Source: an uncultured virus (IMG/VR IMGVR_UViG_3300046336_000146) (lineage: Duplodnaviria > Heunggongvirae > Uroviricota > Caudoviricetes). From it: a stretch of DNA of 64,000 nt. Under the pieces are notes generated by a model that made no database searches, had not been told where the DNA came from, and saw nothing but the letters and a program-made list of their open reading frames with translations. This document shows, in pieces, positions 1-10,664 of the stretch. Position 1 is the stretch's first letter. Each line of letters begins with the position of its first letter. The stretch is from IMG/VR virus record IMGVR_UViG_3300046336_000146, one strand, 5' to 3'. A program made the position numbers and the translations under genes.

Positions 1-2009
1 GACGCAATTGTCGGAGCGTATGGCGATGCGCCTGTAATTGTAAGGCTTGTAAATCTCGGTACCGTGTATAATATTCCTGTGCCAGTAGCCACGTTATTAA
101 GTCCTAGTTTAATCCTAACTGTGGTCGCTTGATTAGATGTATTTGTAAAATTAATTGACCATTGTAAGGTCGGACTTGTCATAGCCTGAGTTAGCGTGAT
201 AAGCGCGTTCATCTTAGTAGGCGTGTTGGCTACTAAGTTTTGAACTGTTGAATTTGTGGCTGTAGGTGCATATAGCCCTGTATCACGTTTTACGGGAATT
301 AATTGTCCGTCTAAACCAACGCCTACTAAGTGGTCTGTGAATCCTGCCAAGCTGTTTACAACTGCGCTAGGTGCGTCTAATAGAACACCTGTACTTCCTT
401 TTATGCTAACATGGTCATCATTAGTTTCAATTGCTCCTAAGTTGTTGCCTGAAACGTCTAGGATAGGTAATGAGTTTTCAATTCCTGATTTGTTGACTTT
501 TGTATCTAGTGCTGTTTGTGTAGCTGTTGAAATAGGTTTGTTTACATCAGAAGTGTTGTCTACATTTGACAATCCTACATCAGATTTTGATAAATCAATA
601 TTACCTGTTCCTAAAATAGATTGACCTTCAATAGTTTTTATAGTTGTTCCTGAAACTAATTGACTTTGTTTATTATTAAAAGTATTCCAATCTGTACTAG
701 AAAGTGCCCCTGTAGTAGAAGTGTTGGCTAAACCTAAACTTAACTGTTGAGTAGATAAACTTAAACCATTAGCAGTCCCAAGTGTGACAGCGTTGTGCCT
801 TGCTGCAGTGTTGGCTGCAACATTGGCATTAGCACTTACTCTTGCTTCAGTGTAATAAAGATTTGTATTTTCTGTTACTTGAGAAGTGTTATAATCTCCT
901 AATTGTGCAACTACATTTCCAGTTCTTCCAAAAACTGTTGAAACCGCATCTGTGTTATCTACTTTACTCCAAGAAGTTCCGTCTGAAATAATCCAATCCC
1001 CAGTCTTAAAATCTATTCCAAATCTGTTACCATCTGCTGTACAAATATAGTAATGTCCTTTTGGACTAACTGTTGTGAGGTTTGGTAAGTTAGTAGATGG
1101 ATTCCATAGCCCTTGGTAGTTTACATTACCAATTAAAGAATCATTAATGTGAATTAAAGGTACTTTGTTATTACTATCTAATGGTGTATATCCATTTGCA
1201 ATTCCTTTTTGATTTTTATCTTCTTTATTGTTTAAAGCAGCTTGAGTTGCAGTGCTGATAGGTTTTGCTAAATCTGAGGTATTATCTACATTTGATAAGC
1301 CAACATCAGATTTGTTTAAGTCTATATTACCACTTCCTATTAAAGATTGCCCCTCTATTGTTTTAATATTTGTACCTGAAACAAGATTTGGCTGTTTTGA
1401 ATCCAAAGCTGTTTGTAGTCCAGTAACATCTGCAATAATGTGTGTGTGATTAGATGGGGGAAATGATGTTGGCTTATCTGATAAATCATCATAACTTATT
1501 TGTACATTTCCTACTCCTTCAAGGCTATCTCCATTTATTGTTTTTAGCGGCCTTTTTAGTTTTATAGACGTTGTTGTCTCATCTCCTGTGTTTATGCCAC
1601 TTTGATTATCTAGATTAGTTTTATCTCCACTTTCAAATAAACTTGCCTCAGAAGCTTGAAAAATAGGGTCTACTTCTTCTGTTAAGTACCCTGCATCATT
1701 TATTAAATCTGAAACATTGTCTCCTGGCTGTATTGCAGAATTTATTATTGATAATAATGCAGGAGATACATTGATAGTTTTTGTTGCAAATCCTGTTATA
1801 ACTAAATTACCGTCTGTATTTTTTATATCTTTAATAAAATCTGTTACATCTGGTGAATTGTCTATAGGATAAGGTATTCCATTTTTATCCGTAACATACA
1901 AAGAGAATTTATCCTCGTTTTCCCCTTTAACAACTACTACTCTGCTAGGTTGTAAATTAGAAAGAGTTTTTACAATTTGTATTTTTATAGGGGTTTCTTT
2001 TGTTACCAT
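1..2009 (-). CDS. Tail fibre-like structural protein (runs off the left edge of the window)
   Basis: ATG at 2009 reads MVTKETPIKIQIVKTLSNLQPS...; absent from the ORF track because it has no stop in the window. Two copies of an IKTIEGQS..G.GNIDL.KSDVGLSNVDNTSD..KPISTATQ.AL repeat (~510-660, ~1240-1385), a motif typical of phage tail fibres. Confidence 0.7.
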   Translation of the reverse strand, partial: MVTKETPIKIQIVKTLSNLQPSRVVVVKGENEDKFSLYVTDKNGIPYPIDNSPDVTDFIKDIKNTDGNLVITGFATKTINVSPALLSIINSAIQPGDNVSDLINDAGYLTEEVDPIFQASEASLFESGDKTNLDNQSGINTGDETTTSIKLKRPLKTINGDSLEGVGNVQISYDDLSDKPTSFPPSNHTHIIADVTGLQTALDSKQPNLVSGTNIKTIEGQSLIGSGNIDLNKSDVGLSNVDNTSDLAKPISTATQAALNNKEDKNQKGIANGYTPLDSNNKVPLIHINDSLIGNVNYQGLWNPSTNLPNLTTVSPKGHYYICTADGNRFGIDFKTGDWIISDGTSWSKVDNTDAVSTVFGRTGNVVAQLGDYNTSQVTENTNLYYTEARVSANANVAANTAARHNAVTLGTANGLSLSTQQLSLGLANTSTTGALSSTDWNTFNNKQSQLVSGTTIKTIEGQSILGTGNIDLSKSDVGLSNVDNTSDVNKPISTATQTALDTKVNKSGIENSLPILDVSGNNLGAIETNDDHVSIKGSTGVLLDAPSAVVNSLAGFTDHLVGVGLDGQLIPVKRDTGLYAPTATNSTVQNLVANTPTKMNALITLTQAMTSPTLQWSINFTNTSNQATTVRIKLGLNNVATGTGILYTVPRFTSLTITGASPYAPTIA

Positions 2010-2338
2010 TCTACTTTTTCGTAATTAGCTTCACTATAGTAGTAATTATAAGTATCTCCGTAATTTAATTGAAGAGATTCCAAGTCTACTATTTTTATTT
2101 TATAATTTCCTAAAGCTCCTTTTAATTTTTTGTCAATAAATTTTATAATTTCACAATTTTTGGTAGAGTATACTTCTGATAATAAATATTCGTATATCGC
2201 TACATCTTCATTATAGCCTGCACTTATTGCGAATTTATCTTCTATATAACTCTTAATTACTTGTGTCTCTAAGTTTTTTTTATACTTATTATACAAGTGC
2301 TCCTTATCATATCTTTTTATATTTTGCTGACCAGCCAT
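2003..2338 (-). CDS. Hypothetical protein in virion gene block
   Basis: 111-aa ORF, co-directional and tightly packed with neighbours. Confidence 0.6.
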   Translation of the reverse strand: MAGQQNIKRYDKEHLYNKYKKNLETQVIKSYIEDKFAISAGYNEDVAIYEYLLSEVYSTKNCEIIKFIDKKLKGALGNYKIKIVDLESLQLNYGDTYNYYYSEANYEKVEW

Positions 2339-2350
2339 AATTTAATAATT

Positions 2351-4264
2351 TTAAAAACCTCTATACCCATTAGTTGTTAAATAGATATTTCCCGATGTCA
2401 AAGATGTTGGTATCAAGAAGTTTACTGCCATATTAGGGTTTGTTTTTAAAGGCTCTTCATATGTAGTAACTGTAGGTTGTAAAGCTGTTGTTTGTAAACG
2501 AATTTGGTCTAGTATTCTATACATTGTAGTACCTGTGTATGCTACAGAAGGTACTACGTTAGCTCCTCCAATTGATAGAGAGAAATTGAATGTAGTCGTC
2601 GAACCAACTGCTGTCACATAGTACACGGTATTTGTAGTTACCCCTGTTCCTGCGGCTAATGCTGTGAATACTACTGCGTCCCCAATTTTTAAATCGTGAG
2701 CTACAGAAGTGGTTGTTAATCCTGTTGTAATTGCAATTGAAGATACTGTCAAAGCTCCATCTAAAAGGTACACTGTTCCTGGGGCTCCTAAAGTATCAGA
2801 TTGAACTTTTAGTGATTTTATATAATTTCTAACTAAAGCTGTACCACTTGCTTGTACTAGAGTCTGCGGAGTAGTTGTAGTTGCAACTGTTTGAAATATA
2901 AAATTAAAATCTAATTCTGATGTTGCGTTCTGTTTTACTAGATTTTGATACCCCGTGGTCATTGACATCCAAGAAGTATCTCCAGCTAATAAAGATGTGT
3001 CAATTGTAGCTATTGTGGTAGGTATTATTCTACCTCCAGTAGGGACTGGATTTGCTGTTGTTGGTGCTGAGTGTGCGATATTCCCACCTACAGCTTGTAC
3101 TCCAGCTAGACCTCCATTTACAGTTGTTGTACCACCTACTTGAGCTATATTAACTGACTGATTGGCAGTTAATGCTCCAATAATGTTGGACCCCGAAGGT
3201 AGTGCTGTATCAAGGCCAACTATTGATGTATTTTGATTACCTATTAAGGTTATTACAGCCGTTCCTGTAACAGCAGCTAATGCGGTTATTCTTGCTTTTA
3301 CAAAACCTGCTACTTCAGATTGAAATATAGATTGTGTAGCCGAAGGTATGTTAGCAGACAATGCACCAGTTCCTACATTTAATAAAGGGGTGCCTCCAAT
3401 TGTAATCCAGGTTGTTCCATCTGATGTTCCTTGTAAGGATAAGGCTCCTGTGTAAGTCCCTGTGACTTGAATAGATAGTCCTATTGCTCCACTTAAAGAT
3501 ATTTCAATTGCAGAACCAGCTGTAGCAATACCAGACGGTACTAAGTTTTGAGTTGTTATGTTCCCAGAAGAAGTTACAGTAATTAAATTTGCTGGTATTG
3601 TAGACTGATTAGATGCAATAACTACAGAAGATGATGAGGCCATAGTTTGTTGGCCTAAAGCAGGGTATTTTGAATTTAAAGCTGATAGTGTTGCTTCAGT
3701 AGCCGCTCCACTAGGCAAAGGCAATGAGGCCGCAGATATTGGCTGAGTAACTCCTGAGCCGTCTACTGGAACTCTATTTGAAACTAGTGCTGGAGTTTTT
3801 GCATCAATACTTTGAATTCCTGTAACAGCAGGTCCGTCAGAAGCTAGTGTAACTCTTTGAGTGTTACTATCTACTGCTCCTAAACCTTTAGTAATGTTTT
3901 GAGAAACTGGTACAGCTCCTGAAACTAGTGCTGGAGTTTTTGCATCAATACTAGTTAATTTTGAATTCGTAATTACTTGGTTAGCTGAAGATGCATCTCC
4001 ACCTGAACCTCCTGTAGAAGAAGAGTTGCTTGAAAAAGTATTTTCTACTAAAAATTGTTTTATTTCCGATTCTGTGTAGAAAGAGTTGTCTTCTTTCTTG
4101 GCATCCGTAAAAGCAAAAGAATACAAAAGTTCTCCAGTTAACCTATCATATAATAAAGCATTATCCGATTCTGTATAATTTAAATTTTCACAAGCATTTT
4201 GCTCTTTGTATTTCTGCCACTCAAAGAACAAATAATTGCCTTTTTTGTATATTTTGTATATCAT
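2351..4264 (-). CDS. Virion structural/fibre-like protein (Thr/Ala/Gly/Ser-rich)
   Basis: 637 aa, beta-rich composition, internal SIDAKTPALVS duplication, located in the structural block. Confidence 0.55.
   Translation of the reverse strand: MIYKIYKKGNYLFFEWQKYKEQNACENLNYTESDNALLYDRLTGELLYSFAFTDAKKEDNSFYTESEIKQFLVENTFSSNSSSTGGSGGDASSANQVITNSKLTSIDAKTPALVSGAVPVSQNITKGLGAVDSNTQRVTLASDGPAVTGIQSIDAKTPALVSNRVPVDGSGVTQPISAASLPLPSGAATEATLSALNSKYPALGQQTMASSSSVVIASNQSTIPANLITVTSSGNITTQNLVPSGIATAGSAIEISLSGAIGLSIQVTGTYTGALSLQGTSDGTTWITIGGTPLLNVGTGALSANIPSATQSIFQSEVAGFVKARITALAAVTGTAVITLIGNQNTSIVGLDTALPSGSNIIGALTANQSVNIAQVGGTTTVNGGLAGVQAVGGNIAHSAPTTANPVPTGGRIIPTTIATIDTSLLAGDTSWMSMTTGYQNLVKQNATSELDFNFIFQTVATTTTPQTLVQASGTALVRNYIKSLKVQSDTLGAPGTVYLLDGALTVSSIAITTGLTTTSVAHDLKIGDAVVFTALAAGTGVTTNTVYYVTAVGSTTTFNFSLSIGGANVVPSVAYTGTTMYRILDQIRLQTTALQPTVTTYEEPLKTNPNMAVNFLIPTSLTSGNIYLTTNGYRGF
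3779..3952. repeat. 33-bp intragenic direct repeat (3779-3811 and 3920-3952)
   Basis: tgaaactagtgctggagtttttgcatcaatact occurs twice and encodes SIDAKTPALVS on the minus strand. Confidence 0.9.
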
Positions 4265-4282
4265 TTTTAAATATTTAATTTA

Positions 4283-4822
4283 TTATAAACAATTTTTACA
4301 GTCAACAAATCTTTTTAATATTTTAGAGGCTTCTTGAAAGTATTTATTAGCATCTATAAAATTTCCATCTTCTGCATTAGCTTTTGCTACTTCTAGTGTG
4401 TATTTTATTTTTATCATAGACTTCATAAAATCTAACTGTACCTTATCAGTACCATATAAAATCAAAACTTTTCCGTATTCTACTTCAAATCTGTCTGTTT
4501 TTAGATAGTATTTTGTTTTTTCTATGTTATCAAAACTAGACTTTACTTTTATTGTATAGATTCCGTCAGGTAGGTCTGTGTAGTTCTCCCCTGAACAGTC
4601 TCCTTGTAAACAACTAAGTCCTAAATTATGAGAGTTAAAGACATTCCTCTTATCTTTTACAAAAATAAAATTCTTAGGTGTACTTGAACCCGGGATAGTT
4701 ATTTGGATGTAAGAAGGAAGTTCATTTGCATATACCCAATCTGAATAGTCATCTACAATTAAATTAGTAGGTTCATTTGAATATATATTAAACAATATGT
4801 TTATGTTTCCTATTGTACTCAT
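4283..4822 (-). CDS. Putative virion structural protein
   Basis: 179 aa, position in structural block, LPDGIYTIK motif. Confidence 0.45.
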   Translation of the reverse strand: MSTIGNINILFNIYSNEPTNLIVDDYSDWVYANELPSYIQITIPGSSTPKNFIFVKDKRNVFNSHNLGLSCLQGDCSGENYTDLPDGIYTIKVKSSFDNIEKTKYYLKTDRFEVEYGKVLILYGTDKVQLDFMKSMIKIKYTLEVAKANAEDGNFIDANKYFQEASKILKRFVDCKNCL

Positions 4823-4904
4823 AATATTTTTAAAAATAAGCTTGTAGGTACACTCTTAAATATAAATTTAGTGATGTGTCAACTACAAGCTTTAAATTAA
4901 TTAA

Positions 4905-5162
4905 TTACAAAATAATTCCAGCTGTTGTTAACTTAGAGATTACTTCATTTACTTTAGCTTCAATTGTATCTAATCTTGCCTCAACTGCTGCTCTTTGGGC
5001 CTCCACTGCTGCTCTTGCCGCAGCTAAATCTGCAAAAGAAGCTGATACAGCTGGTAGGTTAGTTGACGCTGGAATTACTACGATAGCGCTTGCTGGACTC
5101 AATGTAGAATTTTTTAAATCTTCTACTTCTTGTCGTAAATTAAACCATATTACTTTTTCCAT
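4905..5162 (-). CDS. Small coiled-coil structural protein (head fibre-like)
   Basis: 85 aa, Ala-rich heptads, C-terminal KVNEVISKLTTAGII. Confidence 0.45.
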   Translation of the reverse strand: MEKVIWFNLRQEVEDLKNSTLSPASAIVVIPASTNLPAVSASFADLAAARAAVEAQRAAVEARLDTIEAKVNEVISKLTTAGIIL

Positions 5163-5186
5163 TACTTATTTATTTATTTAGTTAAT

Positions 5187-5217
5187 AAGAAAGAAGCGGT
5201 CCTTTCGGACCACTCCT
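5187..5217 (-). terminator. Rho-independent terminator
   Basis: Minus strand reads aggagtggtcc-gaaa-ggaccgcttct then a T-rich tail, just after the 649-aa gene. Confidence 0.75.
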
Positions 5218-5239
5218 ATCCACAACAACAAAGAGAAAA

Positions 5240-7189
5240 TTAAAAAATTATATTTACAGCATCTATACCTAACTTACCCGCAAGGTTGTTCAAAACTCCT
5301 TGTAAAGCCTGGTGTTTACCGTACTGTACAATGATTCTAAATTCATGTGTAATATCGCTTCTACCACCTCCCATTTGAGAAAGTCCGCTGTCTTTATATT
5401 TGATTGCGTATTGAACATATTTTTTACCGTACTCCAATAATCTTTCTTGAGACATATTTGCACGAGCAAACAAATTCTTTTTATGAATTGGTTTATTAGC
5501 AAAGTGAATGTTACCCATTCTTTCAGCTCCAAATAAAGCTACTGCATTATTGTTAACATCTTGTGCGTACTGCAATTTTCTTGCACTTGCAAACTCTGTG
5601 TCTGGGTCGTATGGACTTCCATCGTAGTTCAACAATAAACTTCCTTTAGCTCCAAAAGACATAGATTTAACTTTCAAAGATGTTTCTACATAAGGTACAA
5701 AATCTTCTTCGTGAGCTTGAGGGTAAATATAAAAAGGTTTTCCTTTTACAAAAATTCCCATTTTAGCTGCTGGGTCAAACGCTGGAATAGTTTCTTCCCA
5801 AGCGGCTCCTTCAAAAGTATCAGGTGTTTCTGCGTAGAAAGGTTGTAAAAAGATTTCATCACATTCTTCACAAACCATGTTTGTTACTACTGTGGCGGTG
5901 TATGTTCTTTTACATCCTCCTACTCCTGCTCCTGCGGCAATTGTTAAATCAGGGTATGCTTTTTGTAACTCAGATAATCTTGAAGTTCCACATTCAGTGT
6001 CTGGTAACATGATAGTAAAAGTTCTAGTAGAAGATTTACAAATTTCACCTGCTACCCAAGTATAATTTTGAGAACTTGTGGCTTTACAAGCGTCTTCAAC
6101 AGTGCCTAAATCTGTAAATGAAGCTGTAGCTGTTATAGCATCTGTTGCTAAGAAAGTAGCTTTTTCAGCGTTAGTTAAAGCATTATCTAAAACTACAAAG
6201 TAAGTTCCTAAACCTGCGCTTCCTCCTACTCTTGTTGCGGTTGCTGCTAATGCCCCTGGTAATGCTTGAATTTTTGCTACTTGAGTTACTCCGTCATCTT
6301 CAAGAGAGATTGAATACACATAACCTCCTGTTAAAGTAGAATATCCTGCAGGACATGGCCCACAACCTTTATTTACAACACTAGCATTCGATAAAGTCAA
6401 GTCAGGTAATGCTTGAGCAGATAAATGTAAAATGGTGTAAGTTGATTTTCCATCTTCAAATGAAGTTCTTTTTACTACATTCCCTGGGTATTTAGCTTGC
6501 ACAGCGGCCAAGTCGTTTGAACTTCCTTCATCATCTACTACAATTGAACTAAATTTCCAATCTGTTCCTGCAAGAGCTGCGTTTGAACTGTCAATGATTC
6601 CAATTTCTAAGAATTGTGCTAATTCATCAGTTACTGATGCAAACCCTGTAGTGGTAGGAACTTTCTCCTCTTTTAGCTCTTTTACGGCTCTGCGGATAGC
6701 TTCTTGCATAGTCTCTCCTTTTTCTCTGTAAACCTCTTTTGAAATTACAAAATCAGATTTACCAAAGAAAGTAGAAGCTACTTCTCCGTAAATAGAGATG
6801 TCGAAAATTGCAGATTTTCCTTCAGGGATGTATAAAGCTGTTGCATCATTAATACCGTCATATCCTACTTCTAAATGGTCAACTATTAAGTTGGTTTGAG
6901 TTGGGATGTAGGCTTTAATTTCTAGTACGCTATCTAGAGAAAACATTCCTGTTCCTTTAGAAGATACCTCTACAGTTCTTAATCCAGTTGGTGATGTAGT
7001 TTCTCCAACTCTAATTGCAATTCTTTCTTTTTTATTCATTCCTTTGAAGTCAGAAACTACTTCTGCTCCTTTGCCTTTTACGGCCTTATCTTTAACAAAA
7101 GCCAATTGACCTTTAGCTAAATTTCCCGCATATCCTGATGTTAGTATAGATGTTACTACTTGCGGTTTACTAATACTTGAGTGTACCAT
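5240..7189 (-). CDS. Putative auxiliary capsid/structural protein (crAss-like)
   Basis: 649 aa, third gene downstream of the major capsid gene, followed by a terminator. Confidence 0.5.
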   Translation of the reverse strand: MVHSSISKPQVVTSILTSGYAGNLAKGQLAFVKDKAVKGKGAEVVSDFKGMNKKERIAIRVGETTSPTGLRTVEVSSKGTGMFSLDSVLEIKAYIPTQTNLIVDHLEVGYDGINDATALYIPEGKSAIFDISIYGEVASTFFGKSDFVISKEVYREKGETMQEAIRRAVKELKEEKVPTTTGFASVTDELAQFLEIGIIDSSNAALAGTDWKFSSIVVDDEGSSNDLAAVQAKYPGNVVKRTSFEDGKSTYTILHLSAQALPDLTLSNASVVNKGCGPCPAGYSTLTGGYVYSISLEDDGVTQVAKIQALPGALAATATRVGGSAGLGTYFVVLDNALTNAEKATFLATDAITATASFTDLGTVEDACKATSSQNYTWVAGEICKSSTRTFTIMLPDTECGTSRLSELQKAYPDLTIAAGAGVGGCKRTYTATVVTNMVCEECDEIFLQPFYAETPDTFEGAAWEETIPAFDPAAKMGIFVKGKPFYIYPQAHEEDFVPYVETSLKVKSMSFGAKGSLLLNYDGSPYDPDTEFASARKLQYAQDVNNNAVALFGAERMGNIHFANKPIHKKNLFARANMSQERLLEYGKKYVQYAIKYKDSGLSQMGGGRSDITHEFRIIVQYGKHQALQGVLNNLAGKLGIDAVNIIF

Positions 7190-7212
7190 TTTTTAATAGA
7201 TTGATTTTTAAA

Positions 7213-7869
7213 TTATTTTTGTGTTCTTAGTGTGTTCATTTGGTATCTTGGATTACCTTGATTTATGTCAAAGTTTACCACCATTAGAGATATAATATCA
7301 TCTAGAGATTTATCATCCCACTCAATACTTACAGAATCAAAATTTGACTCTGGGTCTTCTGGGTTTACTAATTTAATTTGATTAGGGTATCTGTAGTAAT
7401 TTAAAAGTACTTTTTCTATTTTAAATTCATCTACATAAACAGAAAGGTTGTTGGAATTGATTAAAAAAATAGATTCTCTCCATTCAAAAGAAGGTTTTAA
7501 ATCCTCATTTGTAATAATCTCTGGGAGATTTTCAATAAGAACTTCGTCTATTTTAATTAAATCTTTGCATTTATCTTTTAATGCAATTGCTCTTGCGGAG
7601 GCTAAGTCAAAATAATCTGTAGGTAAATTGAAGTCTATTTTACCGTGTGATATAGCATTGTGTGGTAATAATTCTTTATCTAATACTAAGAATTTTTCAA
7701 TGTATCTTATATCATCTATTCCTCTGTTTTGAAGTTGTAATGAGAGAAATTTATTTTGACTTTCGTTGAAATTGAGGCAAAAGCGGTAGTTGTCTGTAGT
7801 TATGTTGTCGTTAGTCCCGTTTTTTTCTGCTTTTATTAAATACCTGTTTTTTGCCTCTTCAACTGTCAT
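7213..7869 (-). CDS. Putative head-tail ring/adaptor protein
   Basis: 218 aa, FNLPTDYF and LNYYRYP motifs, synteny with crAss-like capsid block. Confidence 0.5.
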   Translation of the reverse strand: MTVEEAKNRYLIKAEKNGTNDNITTDNYRFCLNFNESQNKFLSLQLQNRGIDDIRYIEKFLVLDKELLPHNAISHGKIDFNLPTDYFDLASARAIALKDKCKDLIKIDEVLIENLPEIITNEDLKPSFEWRESIFLINSNNLSVYVDEFKIEKVLLNYYRYPNQIKLVNPEDPESNFDSVSIEWDDKSLDDIISLMVVNFDINQGNPRYQMNTLRTQK

Positions 7870-7871
7870 TT

Positions 7872-8855
7872 CTAAACTTTTTTAACTTTTATATGCTCTG
7901 GTCTTTTTGTTTCCGGATTCTCTTCAAGTAACTCTGAAACAATTTTAAATTGTGCAGAATTTTCTAATAGGCAGAATGCGGCTACTTGTTGTAATGTGGT
8001 TCCTAAGTATACTTCTTGGTCCGCTGTTACAAAACCTCTTTGAGTCTTTTTGATTTTTCTAAGGTTGATTAATCTCTTGATTCCATAGAACCATTCCATC
8101 TTCTCTTTTCCTTTATCAGTTTCGTACTCTTCTAGTGCTAGTAAAAACTGTTCACAGAAAGCAATACCGTCTTTTTTATCGTTGATGATTTGGTAATAAA
8201 TAGAGTCTAAATCTTCGGAATCTACTTTACTTGGATTTTCTTTTCCAATCCATTGTAAAACTAAATCTAATTTATCTCTATCTCCTGCAAGAAGTGTATT
8301 GAATTTTAAGTAAGAATCTTTTCTTAATTTTACAAGCTCTTTAGTTTTATTTTTAACCTTAGAAGGACTTGATAAAATAAATTGGGCGTCTTTTCTTAGT
8401 ACAGGATTTTTTTCGTCTTTCTCACAAGCTAGTCCCATATTTAGAATGTAGAAAAGCTCTAGTAAGTCATTGATGTTTGTAGTGTCAAATTGTTTATTCA
8501 CCCATCCTTTTATTGAATACTCTTCCCAAAAAGTGTTTGCTTCTTCAGGACTTAGTTTTACATTAAATTGTTTTTCGTAAGGAACTTGAATGTGTTTTAC
8601 ATACAACTTAACTAACTCAGACTTTTTTTCAGATGGTACTATTGACAAGCAGGGGCTTTCTTCATAGAAACCTGTATCAAATTGTCTTCTTTGGTCGTGG
8701 AAGTATACTTTTTCCACTGTGTCATTTCCGTCGAAAGGAAATTTTGTCATTCCTTTCATGCCCTCTGGTGCAGATGGGTCAGGTCTGTAATCTAGTGTAT
8801 ATTTTGCACCTAACTCAATAATAGAGTTAGCTACTTGAAATTCTACTTTTGCCAT
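7872..8855 (-). CDS. Conserved capsid-block protein (gene following MCP)
   Basis: 327 aa, immediately downstream of the major capsid gene. Confidence 0.45.
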   Translation of the reverse strand: MAKVEFQVANSIIELGAKYTLDYRPDPSAPEGMKGMTKFPFDGNDTVEKVYFHDQRRQFDTGFYEESPCLSIVPSEKKSELVKLYVKHIQVPYEKQFNVKLSPEEANTFWEEYSIKGWVNKQFDTTNINDLLELFYILNMGLACEKDEKNPVLRKDAQFILSSPSKVKNKTKELVKLRKDSYLKFNTLLAGDRDKLDLVLQWIGKENPSKVDSEDLDSIYYQIINDKKDGIAFCEQFLLALEEYETDKGKEKMEWFYGIKRLINLRKIKKTQRGFVTADQEVYLGTTLQQVAAFCLLENSAQFKIVSELLEENPETKRPEHIKVKKV

Positions 8856-8882
8856 TATGTTTTTCTCTTTTTGTTGTTTTTT

Positions 8883-8909
8883 AAAAACCCTCCCAGTTAA
8901 GGGAGGGGT
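8883..8909 (-). terminator. Rho-independent terminator after the major capsid gene
   Basis: ccctccc-agttaa-gggaggg stem-loop with a T-run on the minus strand. Confidence 0.75.
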
Positions 8910-8925
8910 ATTCTATTTTAACTTA

Positions 8926-10641
8926 TTAACGCATTCCGCCAATTTTGTTTTTCAACTCAATAATAACGAATTTGCTAGGGTCTGGCATCCACATTGCTCC
9001 AAAACCATAGATGAAGAATCCTTCAGCCATTAGTTTAGAAGATGCAATTACATCAGAAGCTTTTTTAGAACTGTATCTACCATTCTCTCTACCCCAAACA
9101 ATTGCATTTCTTTCTGGTCTTACTAAGTAAGTGTTGTGAGCTGCGCTTACCTCTCCACCTACTGCTTTAGTCCCTTCAGGTAATTTAGCGTTAGAAGAGA
9201 AAGATTGGTCTGTTACATCCCAAATATATCCTGAATAAGTAGTGTGGTCTTTTCCGCTTGGGTTGATACCTCTTGTTCTGATATCAGCATCTGCAATATA
9301 ATCCAAAGACCTGTCGATTGTAACTGACAACATACCTACTCCAGGAATCATTGCTGATCTGAATTTAACAGGAGCTACTACTAAAGCATCTAAATTTCCT
9401 GTTACAGGGTGTTGAGCAAAAGGTCTGTCTGAACCTAATATTGGTGCTAAATATTGTAATTGATTTTGTGCGTGTTTAGCAATAATTCTTTCAATGTTGA
9501 AAGTCAATTCTGAACCTGCTTCAATTCTCAAGAAAGTGTCTTCTACAAGAGAGTCATTATATTTGTAAACGTAGTTTCTTACTTGTACCAAGTCAGTCTC
9601 TGTAAGGCCGCCTTTTTTGTTGTACTTGTAACGTTTACCTCTCATCATTTGTTGCCACAAACCTTCGTTAAATTCAATAACTCCTTTAGAGCTAGAAATT
9701 TTAGCAGCTGGCATGAACATCAAAGACTTATTAAATCTGTTATTAAAAGAACGGATAGTAAGAATCTCTAATAAGTCTGCAACAGTAGTGATTGTACCTG
9801 AAGCACCTGAAGCTTGAACTAATGCTAATGGATTATCTTCCATTCCCATTTGACGAACTTCCTCTAAGTATTTTTGAGTATCTGCAGTTGTATATCCACT
9901 GTTCATTTTGTAAGAGTCGGCCTTACCTGTGAACCAGTGTTCAGCACCTTGACCAGAACCTAACTTGAATTCTACTTCCATGTAGTTAGAAGTCTCTGGT
10001 AAGTGAGGGATACCTAATTTTTCAGTGTACTCTGTAATGTAAGAGTTAGACATCACTGTATATGTTACGTCGTTTTTCAAATACTCCGCTAAATATACTT
10101 TATTAATATCTTGCTCAGAACCTAAAAGTTTTGCGAAGTGAACATAACCATATCCAACATATTCTACTTCTACATCATCAATAACTAAATACAACTCAGA
10201 AAGTGGGTCAATAGTTAATACTTGATTAGGAGATAGTTTTTTGTTCAATACAATTTTGAAAGAAGACCCGTCGGCTCCAATGTATCCATCAGGAGATTGG
10301 TCAGAAGTATCTTCAACAGTTCTAAAACAGTTGTCTGTTTCTATTGCCATTTTATACTTAAAAGAACCGTCTTGGCCATTTACATTTAAAACTGCATTTG
10401 ATGTAACAACTCTTCTATATACAGAAGATGCAAAACTCTCTTTTTTCATTACTTGTTTGTCCCAAGCAGTTTGTAACAATAACATGTTACGGTTTGGGTC
10501 CAAGTTTAAAAAAGAACTAAGGGCGATGCTGGAATCAAACGCTCCTTGTTGTGCTGCAATCATGTGCTCCTTTGGGAACGCTGATACAGACATGTCGGTG
10601 ATTGCTGCACCGTTGATAGCTAGATTTTGGTTACTATACAT
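8926..10641 (-). CDS. Major capsid protein (crAss-like)
   Basis: 571 aa, order terminase-portal-acidic scaffold-this gene, GLWQQM motif, followed by a strong terminator. Confidence 0.75.
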   Translation of the reverse strand: MYSNQNLAINGAAITDMSVSAFPKEHMIAAQQGAFDSSIALSSFLNLDPNRNMLLLQTAWDKQVMKKESFASSVYRRVVTSNAVLNVNGQDGSFKYKMAIETDNCFRTVEDTSDQSPDGYIGADGSSFKIVLNKKLSPNQVLTIDPLSELYLVIDDVEVEYVGYGYVHFAKLLGSEQDINKVYLAEYLKNDVTYTVMSNSYITEYTEKLGIPHLPETSNYMEVEFKLGSGQGAEHWFTGKADSYKMNSGYTTADTQKYLEEVRQMGMEDNPLALVQASGASGTITTVADLLEILTIRSFNNRFNKSLMFMPAAKISSSKGVIEFNEGLWQQMMRGKRYKYNKKGGLTETDLVQVRNYVYKYNDSLVEDTFLRIEAGSELTFNIERIIAKHAQNQLQYLAPILGSDRPFAQHPVTGNLDALVVAPVKFRSAMIPGVGMLSVTIDRSLDYIADADIRTRGINPSGKDHTTYSGYIWDVTDQSFSSNAKLPEGTKAVGGEVSAAHNTYLVRPERNAIVWGRENGRYSSKKASDVIASSKLMAEGFFIYGFGAMWMPDPSKFVIIELKNKIGGMR

Positions 10642-10664
10642 TTGTTAATTTGTTTTTTTATTAT

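Noticed and set aside
1..4264. Second DGR target in the fibre genes
   Set aside because: No sequence resembling the TR was seen; the first gene is incomplete, so a VR beyond the window edge is not excluded
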